Assembly: GCF_006345805.1 (NCBI RefSeq)
Contig: NW_021829338.1
Location: forward strand, 1-6,474
Direction of reading: 5' to 3'
Length of the DNA: 6,474 nt
Origin: Octopus sinensis
Taxonomy: Eukaryota
Of the stretch, positions 1 through 6,401 are shown in pieces. Within the stretch, counting starts at the first letter, position 1; each line of letters opens with the position of its first letter. The notes beneath the pieces were generated by a model. The model was not told the origin of the DNA, ran no database searches, and worked only from the letters and a program-made list of their open reading frames with translations. The translations under genes were made by a program, and so were the position numbers.

Positions 1-127
1 AGGTCGACATTGCCTTCCATCCTTTTTGGGATCAATAAAATTAATATCAGTTGCACCCTGAGGTCGATATAATCGACTCAGCCCGTCCCTAAAACTGCTG
101 GCCTTGTGCCAAAATTTGAAACCAAAT
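1..127 (+). mobile_element. 3' half of a tRNA-derived SINE (Meta-domain-like centre plus 3' tail); head lies upstream of the window; second copy at ~178-298
   Basis: AGGTCGACATTGCCTTCCATCCTTTTTGGGATCAATAAAAT resembles the conserved GTCGACT..GCCTTYCATCC..CGGGGTCGATAAA central domain of MetaSINE-type elements. It is followed by a GTCGA-N5-TCGAC hairpin and a GGCCTTGTGCCAAAATTTGAAACC tail. Family assignment is from recall only. Confidence 0.65.
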
Positions 128-348
128 TGTAAACATGTCTTAAAGACATTTGTTGTTAGGTTGTTTGTAAACATTAATCGACATTGCCTTCCATCTTTTT
201 AGGGATCGATAAAATAAATAGTTGAACTCTAGGGTCGATGTAATCGTCTTAGCCCGTCCCTAAAACTGCTGGCCTTGTGCCAAAATTTGAAACCAAATTC
301 TAAACATGACTTAAAGACATTTGTTGTTAGGTTGTTTGTAAACATCAA
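4..348 (+). repeat. Direct tandem duplication, 2 units (4-177, 174 bp; 178-348, 171 bp)
   Basis: Both units start TCGACATTGCCTTCCATC and end GTTGTTTGTAAACAT(T/C)AA. The last 98 bp (80-177 vs 251-348) differ at 3 positions. The first ~75 bp differ by about 11 substitutions plus a 3-bp indel. Confidence 0.95.
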
Positions 349-919
349 CCGCCAACAACCGGTTACTGTCATCGAACACACATTATGAAACATAAGCTTC
401 CACAATCAATTTCTTTTTAGCAAATCAATAGTTAATTTTATGCTAGAGTGCGTTAATTTTTTACTCAAACTCAGAGAAAAAAAAATATTATGTAAAGTGT
501 GCAATTAACCGATCAATTTTACATATAATTGATGTTAAAGGAAATGGTCTTTTTTGTGTAATTAAACGAATTATGCAATTATCCGGTATAAAAATAATCG
601 TCATCGGCTTTATATAAAAAAAATATATAGAAACCTCTCAGTTCTTCTAGTCCCTTCTTCTACTCAGCCAATCAAAGGATTAAGTTTTTCCTTGTCTCAC
701 GCAAGCTCTGTTTTCCTTTTCATGTATGGCCATAGTTAAAATTTTAGTGTTTATTGTTGTAGTATATTTTCTCTATTTTCTGAATTTCTATACAAGCTAT
801 CATATAACGAAAGATACACGAAATCGATCGCCGAACGCCACAGAATATATTTTGTGGGACTAACGATTATGTAAATCGTTTACAATGGGCGGATAAGTGC
901 CTGCAGCTTGTTTGTTATT

Positions 920-965
920 ATCACAACGTTTCCGCTGATGTACTCTCCAGCCTTCATCAGGTGTT
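920..965 (-). ncRNA. Minimal type I hammerhead-ribozyme-like motif, copy 1
   Basis: Minus strand: AACAC-CTGATGA-A-GGCTGG-agagtaca-TCAGCG-GAAA-CG-TT-GTGAT. The core, the palindromic AACGTT and a 3-bp stem I (CAC/GTG) are present. The basal stem II pair is a G.G mismatch. Confidence 0.55.
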
Positions 966-1071
966 CTGGTGGAGGTTTGAACCCAACCCTTTATTTGACT
1001 AATGGGGACACACTGTTCTCATTCCTAAGCTATGTTGCTTATGTTATTTTTCTGTTGATATTATTTTTTCA

Positions 1072-1144
1072 AGTCTCTGCCTGGGATTGAACTCAGACTC
1101 TGAGGGTTAGTAGCCCGCAATCTTATCCACTACGCTATATGCCC
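1072..1144 (-). pseudogene. tRNA-derived SINE head (Pol III A and B boxes; anticodon-like loop CT-ACT-AA), not a functional tRNA
   Basis: Minus strand GGGCATA-TAGCGTAGTGG (A box, 1137-1127), anticodon arm GCGGG-CTACTAA-CCCTC (4/5 pairs, ACT at 1111-1109), B box AGTTCAATCC (1093-1084). The acceptor stem does not pair and the T stem is defective. Confidence 0.8.
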
Positions 1145-1191
1145 GTGGGCTCCATTAGTGAAATAAAAGTTTGGGTTCGAAATTACACTAG

Positions 1192-1237
1192 AACACCTGA
1201 TGAAGGCTGGAGTGTACGCCAGCCGAAATGTTGTGAT
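1192..1237 (+). ncRNA. Minimal type I hammerhead-ribozyme-like motif, copy 2
   Basis: AACAC-CTGATGA(1197-1203)-A-GGCTGG-agtgtacg-CCAGCC (perfect 6-bp stem II)-GAAA(1225-1228)-TG-TT-GTGAT. CAC/GTG forms stem I. ACGT has decayed to ATGT, a CpG-type change. Confidence 0.6.
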
Positions 1238-1274
1238 AACAAACAAACGAGATGAGGACAAATATCCGTCCATT

Positions 1275-1515
1275 CTTTTACTCTTTTATTTGTTCCAGTC
1301 ATGTGACTGTGGCCATGCCGGAGCACCGCCTTTAGTCGAGCAAATCGACGCTGGACCTTATTCTTTGTGAGCTTAGTACTTATTCTATCAGTGTCTCTTG
1401 CCGAACCGATAGGTTACGGGGACGTAAACGCACCAGCATCGGTTGTCAAGCGATGTTGGGGGCACAAACACAGACACACAAACACACACACACACACACA
1501 CACACATACACACAT

Positions 1516-1546
<31 letters not shown>

Positions 1547-1709
1547 CAACGGGCCTCTTTCAGTCTCCGTCCAACAAATCCACTCACAAGGCTTTGGTCG
1601 GCCCGAGCTTATAGTAGAAGACACTTGCCCAAGGTGCCACGCAGTGGGACTGAACCTGGAAACATGTAGTTGGTAAGCAAGCTACTTACCACACAACCAC
1701 TCTTACGCT
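1275..1709 (-). mobile_element. Full-length tRNA-derived CORE-type SINE (OR1/OR2-like) with an internal (TG)/(TA) microsatellite
   Basis: Minus strand: A box TGGTTGTGTGG (1699-1689), B box GGTTCAGTCCC (1656-1646), CORE-like GGCACCTTGGGCAAGTGTCTTC, internal microsatellite 1463-1547, and a 3' tail ending in AAAAGAGTAAAAGAA repeats. Candidate 3-bp TSD ATT at 1272-1274 and 1710-1712. The family name is from recall. Confidence 0.85.
1463..1547. repeat. Compound (CA)n-(TA)n microsatellite inside the SINE
   Basis: Directly visible. Confidence 0.95.
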
Positions 1710-1757
1710 ATTGTAAATAATTTACATAATTCTTCATCTCAAAAATATAGAACAGTA
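1710..1757 (+). repeat. Displaced continuation of the right inverted-repeat arm beyond the nested SINE
   Basis: ATTGTAAATAATTTACATAAT versus the reverse complement of 866-886 (ATTGTAAACGATTTACATAAT). Weaker similarity (14/20) continues over 1731-1750 versus 865-846. The right end is approximate. Confidence 0.75.
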
Positions 1758-2117
1758 TTAACGATTATGGTGAACATAATTTGTCCACTCGTAGACTTAT
1801 CACCGTTTTTTTTTTATTGCAAGTGGCTGGACATCTCATTTTAGAATCGTGTCAGACTCTGAGTAACAATATGCGAAGTGCTTTTTTCTTTTCGGTTTTA
1901 ATAAAACCGCATTTTACTCTACCTTTGGTATTCGAGTACTATTTTACCCACTGTTTCTCACCATCGTCTGTGAACAAATATGCTTTGGCAACGCACGATA
2001 CTTTCGCTAAATATTTCAGGTGCTTATGTAATCGTGAACAAATATAGACATCCTCTGTATTTATCTAATCTGTGGCACAGCGCCACCTGTCGGAGTCAAC
2101 GTGAAATGAACTGTTTG

Positions 2118-2271
2118 ATCAACATCATCACCATCATCGTCATCATTATCATTATTATCATCATCATCGGCATCATCATCAACATCATCTTCATAATCAC
2201 CACCATCACTACATCATCATCATCATCATAATAATAATAATAATCACCATCATCGTCGTTGTCATCATCAT
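2118..2271. repeat. Imperfect (CAT)n with an embedded (AAT)n trinucleotide microsatellite
   Basis: Continuous CAT/CAC/CGT/TAT triplets, with AAT repeats at ~2229-2244. Confidence 0.95.
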
Positions 2272-2642
2272 ATTTTTTTCTTTTTCATTTCTCCTTCTCT
2301 TCCCCCTCCTTCCTTTATTATCTTCTTTCTTTTTCTTTCTCTTCTTTTTCTTCCTGCTTATACAGGTCTCCATTGCCACCTTCAGTGTCCAAACCCACGG
2401 CAACCTCATTTCCGCTGAATCCCCTTCATCGCCACCTCCCACCACTTCTCTTTCTCTTTTGCATTCCACTTTCAACCAACCTTCACTACAACTCTCCCTC
2501 CCTCATTCCCTCTCTCCCTGACTTCCTCTTCCAAAGACTTTTTAATCTCTCCCTCACTTTCTCAAACTTTCTCCCCCCCTTCTCTCTCTCTCTCTCCCTT
2601 TCTCTCTCTCTCTCTCTCCCTTTCTCTCTCTCTCTTCCTCTC
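2272..2642. repeat. Polypyrimidine low-complexity tract ending in interrupted (CT)n
   Basis: The + strand is strongly T/C-rich. (TC)n blocks separated by CCCTTT recur at ~20-22-bp spacing over 2581-2642. Confidence 0.9.
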
Positions 2643-3036
2643 ACCAAGACTGATCTACCACCACAATCATCCCGTTCATAAGACGATTTTTAAACTATTT
2701 AAGCATTTCCTTTCAGATCAAATAGAGTTATAGAATTTCGTTACCCCAGCCCACCGCCCGCAAATTTTGATGTTATTTCTGGGAGATTTTGTGGAGTTTT
2801 TTTTTCGAAATAAATTTACAAAACTTTCACCATCGTGTGGAGAAAAAATATGTTTAAATATATCAATACAGATCAAATGTAAATAATACAAATTACGATA
2901 TATTAAATTTTACTTCCCTGTAATATATTGTAAATATAAATATAACTATATACTAGACGAGACACACAGAGGGTACGATACCGCAGAATAAAAACTGAGT
3001 ATATGTAACTAAATGTACTTTTTTGTGTGTATGCCA

Positions 3037-3083
3037 TATATATATATATACAGACACACAAGCATACATACATACACACACAC

Positions 3084-3125
<42 letters not shown>
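3037..3125. repeat. (TA)n/(CA)n compound microsatellite
   Basis: Directly visible; long TA run at ~3084-3125. Confidence 0.95.
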
Positions 3126-3128
<3 letters not shown>

Positions 3129-3277
3129 TACAAAAGTGAGAGAGAGTCCGTGTGAGTTGTGTGTCTGCGTGTGTGTGTATGTGGTTGAAAAAGAGAAGTA
3201 GTAAAAAATATTAGATGAAAATCGACAAAAATTTACTAACTGTCAAAATAATATCATAAGTTTAAGTGCAAACTTAA

Positions 3278-3330
3278 ACACACGTACACACACATAAACA
3301 CACACATTCACACACACACACACACACACA
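3278..3330. repeat. Imperfect (CA)n microsatellite
   Basis: Directly visible. Confidence 0.95.
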
Positions 3331-3726
3331 ATGTTATGTTTTTGTTTGTTTTTTGTTGTAGATTTTTCTTTTTGTTGTTCTTGTTGCTGCGATGACACTA
3401 TGTTCTTCATTCCATTTCCTATTATATTCCAAATCTTCCATATTATCGTTTTCTTCTTATATCGTGTTGTTTATCAATTTTCCAGTATTTCTTTGAAATA
3501 CCTAACACTTACACAAACACTTCACATCTTTACACACGCACACACATTTACATATATACATACACGTCTCCGCACGCATGCACGAGCTCTTTCGCAGACA
3601 TGCGCATGGGAAAATGATAGCTGACCTCATAAATTCTGATATGGCGTACGTTAAAGGAAGGAAAACTGTTGGAATTAAATCTAAGTTACGGTTTCTATTC
3701 TGAAGGTAGGCAGCGAAAGAACGAAA

Positions 3727-3747
3727 ACACACGCACGCACGCACGCA

Positions 3748-3794
<47 letters not shown>

Positions 3795-3821
3795 GCACAC
3801 ATACATACATATATATATATA
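3727..3821. repeat. (CACG)n-(CA)n-(TA)n compound microsatellite
   Basis: Directly visible, almost purely alternating purine-pyrimidine. Confidence 0.95.
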
Positions 3822-4033
3822 GATGTGACCTCGTCTGTATCACTAGCGATTTTTCCCCTGTCTTTCCTTCTCGGGATCTTTCCTTCTCCTATGTTTCCGA
3901 CGAAGAGCTCCGCTCGAAACGTCAAACCCTCCTTTTCCCTTCTTTCCTGAGCGTCCAATAATACTTTATTTGTTCCACGTCCTTGCGTTGTTGTTTTTTT
4001 ATTTTTGTTTTCTTGTTTGGATTAACTTTATAT

Positions 4034-4034
<1 letters not shown>

Positions 4035-4122
<88 letters not shown>
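4035..4122. repeat. Perfect (TAGA)22 tetranucleotide microsatellite
   Basis: 88 uninterrupted bases. Confidence 0.98.
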
Positions 4123-4124
<2 letters not shown>

Positions 4125-4437
4125 TACACTATCATACAGACAATTGATAAAAACTTGCTATGTTCAGTATAAAAATGGACGTTGTGGTCCTGAGATGTCT
4201 TCGAACTTTAACTCCGAATTCTTCGTCTAGGTCTACGCCTACGGTGTCAAAAGTGGAAATTCGAAGCAAGCAGATATGGAAGTAGTGATGCAAATAAACA
4301 CAATTTGGCCTGACATCTATATAGACACACATAGAGACCTATACAAATATATATATATATACACAAAACTAAAACGTATAAAACTAATTTATACGTATAC
4401 ATATATACAAATATATTTGCATCGAGCTTAAAAACTG

Positions 4438-5645
4438 TTGGGTTGGCAAGAAAGTAGTTTCGTCTTTCGCAAATCGACAGAGTTACGATTTTTTTGAATG
4501 ACTTTTGTCAATGTTATAATTTTTTTTTTCCTTTTGACATTTGATAGCCGTTTTTTTTAGCTTACTTTAGAAGCAAATTGCGCGTAAATAATTGGAGTCC
4601 AAAAACGAACATTTTCGCCATATTTTAATTTTTTTTATTTCGGTAAAAAGGAAGAAAGCTGCTGAGGCTCACAAAGAGATATATGAAGTGGATGGTGATG
4701 ATTGCTTAACAGAATGCACACGTCAGAAATAACTTTAAAAATTCCATTCTGGACATTTTTCACTCAAAGATGATCAATGTTCTGGTCGACCTATTGAGGT
4801 TGATGAGGACCGAATCAAAGCCATAATTGAATCTGATTTTCATATAACCGTGCGAGAGAATGCAGAGAGGTTAAACGTATCACACACAACAATTGAAAAT
4901 CACTCGAAAATCACTCGAAATGTCTTGGACTTGTTAAGAAGATCGATATTCGGGATCTACCTAAATTGAAAGAGGTTCACTTAAAACAACGAATCGATAT
5001 TTGCGATAGGCATCTCAACGCAATGAAATCGACCTTTTTTTTTAAACAATGATTGATGATGAAAATGAATTTTCTACAATAACATCAATCGAAAACGATC
5101 ATGGTCCCAAGCGTAATGAACCAACACAAACCACATTGAAAGCTGGTTTGCATCGAAACAGGTCATGTTGTCAATTTGATGGAATTACAAAGGTTTTGTG
5201 TATTCTGAGCTGCTTCCAAGGAACGAAACGGTGAATTCAGAAGTTTGCTGTCAACAACTAATGAAACTGGAGGAAGCAATCAAACAAAATGAGCCAGAAT
5301 TGGCAAATCGTAAAGGAATAGTGTTCCACAATGACAACGCTAGAGCACACAGGTTTTTGCTAACAGGTGAAAAATTATTGGAGATTGGTTCGGAAGTGAT
5401 GTCAGATCTACCATATAGTATGACCTTACGCCATCATATCAGATTACCATTTATTTCAAAGTTTGCAAAATTCTTTGAATGGTAAAACTTTCAACCAGAA
5501 ATCACACATGCTCCAGTTTTGGGCTGATAAGAACCAGAGGTTCTCTGAGCGCAGAATCATGAAGTTGTCAGAAAGATGGCAAAAGGTCATCGGACAATAT
5601 GGAAAATAAATAATTGATTAAAGCTCATTCATTATATGAAAAATA
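4438..5645 (+). mobile_element. Decayed mariner (Tc1/mariner, DD34D) DNA transposon; left TIR present, right TIR missing
   Basis: Left end tg|TTGGGTTGGCAAGAAAGTAGTTTCG resembles mellifera/cecropia-type mariner TIRs (TA decayed to TG). An internal transposase relic follows. The expected reverse complement (CGAAACTACTTTCTTGCCAACCCAA) is not found downstream. Confidence 0.9.
4592..5621 (+). pseudogene. Mariner transposase pseudogene with multiple stops and frameshifts
   Basis: Reconstructed across frames: (M)ESKNEHFRHIL..., SGRPIEVDEDRIKAIIE (HTH linker), DEK* (D1 ~5058), VFHNDNARAH (D2 5333), PYS.DL.PSDYHLF (D3 5442), KLSERWQKVI..GK*IID*. The D2-D3 distance of 109 nt equals 105 nt (D34D) plus a 5-bp insertion minus a 1-bp deletion. 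An 11-bp duplication GAAAATCACTC lies at 4895-4916. Confidence 0.95.
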
Positions 5646-5828
5646 ACACTTATTTCACCCAGCTGTACTCTTTCGCCACAACTCTCTCTCACTCTTTCTT
5701 CTGTTGGCCTCCTCGCTTAGCCAGCCGGGAGGCGTCATTTGAAAGTTAAAACAATGCGAAACGCATTGTGACCAGCGATGTGTAGCAACATCTGATAGCC
5801 TGGTCGGTCACGGTGATCACGGTGATAT
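5646..5828 (+). mobile_element. Probable 5'-truncated SINE-like fragment ending in a short tandem tail (TCACGGTGA)2
   Basis: GC-richer block unrelated to the mariner that begins where mariner similarity stops and ends in a 9-bp tandem repeat (5808-5825), typical of retroposon 3' ends. It resembles a cephalopod repeat from recall only. Confidence 0.45.
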
Positions 5829-5841
5829 ACGCATAGACATG

Positions 5842-6059
5842 CGAGCATAAGCTGAAAAGTCCCTAGGTTTGGGTAAAAGGAAATACAGGAGGATCAGTTA
5901 ATTATGACTTTATTGAACATATTACCCTCTCACATTCACACACTTAATGCAACGGCCATCCAGTTTTTTCTAAGCACTGGTAAAGAACTCTGCAGGTTGG
6001 GCCTCCAACCAGGCCTTTCGCGGTACTCTTAAAACTAGGAACTTTTCACTGTCCCATCT
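5842..6059 (-). mobile_element. 218-bp mariner-derived MITE (internal-deletion derivative)
   Basis: The inner TIR segment TGAAAAGTCCCTAG (5853-5866) matches the reverse complement of 6035-6048 at 13/14, each exactly 11 nt from the ends. Flanks are TG (5840-5841) and TA (6060-6061). Minus strand 6020-5910 reads RKAWLEAQPAEFFTSA*KKLDGRCIKCVNVRG*YVQ*, a mariner transposase C-terminus. Confidence 0.85.
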
Positions 6060-6154
6060 TATGTTTATGGGCGGTTGTAGGTTTGTACATATGTTTGAAT
6101 TCATGCATAACTAAATATCTATCTATATTACTCTGGTGGTTTAAATATATATGC

Positions 6155-6185
<31 letters not shown>

Positions 6186-6369
6186 CATGTTTATGTGTGT
6201 GCTTAAAGCTGCACATACACAGATGTCTATATTTACCTTATGTGCACGTATGCGCTCATTTATGTGGTGGTGTGTGAGAGAGAGAGAGAAAGAGAAAACA
6301 TGTTTGTGCGTGTGCATAGAGGTGCACGTACACAGTGTTCTGTATTTACCTTAAGTGCTTGTATGCGCT

Positions 6370-6400
<31 letters not shown>
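6155..6400 (+). repeat. 113-bp tandem repeat: (GT)n(GA)n plus an 81-bp core, 2 units and the start of a third
   Basis: Cores 6186-6266 and 6299-6379 align without gaps at 66/81 (~81%). Confidence 0.9.

Positions 6401-6401
<1 letters not shown>

Larger units (their letters stand above)
846..1144 (-). mobile_element. tRNA-headed non-autonomous retroelement (SINE) with hammerhead-like 3' tail
   Basis: The minus strand reads: tRNA-like head (1144-1072), A-rich linker, then a tail containing CTGATGA...GAAACGTT (960-925). The tail recurs in inverted form at 1150-1274, showing it is a mobile module. The left boundary is approximate. Confidence 0.75.
866..1274. repeat. Long inverted repeat (arms 866-1007 and 1150-1274, right arm resuming at 1710-1730) around a ~140-bp spacer
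   Basis: Hand alignment of 884-1007 with the reverse complement of 1150-1274 gives ~103/126 columns (~82%), including a perfect 23-nt block (945-967). 866-886 matches the reverse complement of 1710-1730 at 19/21. Confidence 0.93.

Noticed and set aside
4-348. CRISPR-like array
   Set aside because: Only two long units, no spacers, and a eukaryotic repeat context.
908-1090. 60-aa ORF
   Set aside because: Antisense to the tRNA-headed element, with a non-ATG start and no recognisable protein features.
1072-1144. Functional tRNA-Ser(ACT) gene
   Set aside because: The acceptor and T stems do not pair and the sequence continues into a repeat tail, so it is a SINE head.
866-1274. Interpreting the inverted repeat as MITE or foldback DNA transposon TIRs
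   Set aside because: The left arm is continuous with a tRNA head, both arms contain a hammerhead-like core, and no TIR/TSD signature is evident. A retroelement origin fits better.
1367-1676. Three overlapping ORFs with HT/CV/IY repeats
   Set aside because: They read through the SINE and its CA/TA microsatellite.
1980-2681. Poly-Ile, poly-Met/Lys and Ser/Leu-rich ORFs
   Set aside because: They are translations of the (CAT)n, (AAT)n and polypyrimidine tracts.
2903-3958. Several 60-113-aa ORFs with CV/HT/IY runs
   Set aside because: Open only because dinucleotide repeats lack stops; no domain-like sequence.
4132-4332. 66-aa minus-strand ORF in unique-looking DNA
   Set aside because: Short, starts inside a microsatellite edge, and has no recognisable motif or splice support.
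5049-5485. ORFs as an intact or domesticated transposase (SETMAR-like)
   Set aside because: Multiple stops and frameshifts, degraded WVPHEL and YSPDL motifs, and no SET domain.
5664-5685. TACTCTTTTCGCCACAAC as the mariner right TIR
   Set aside because: Only loose similarity to the expected TACTTTCTTGCCAACCCAA, with no terminal CCCAA-TA. It fits better as part of the following fragment.
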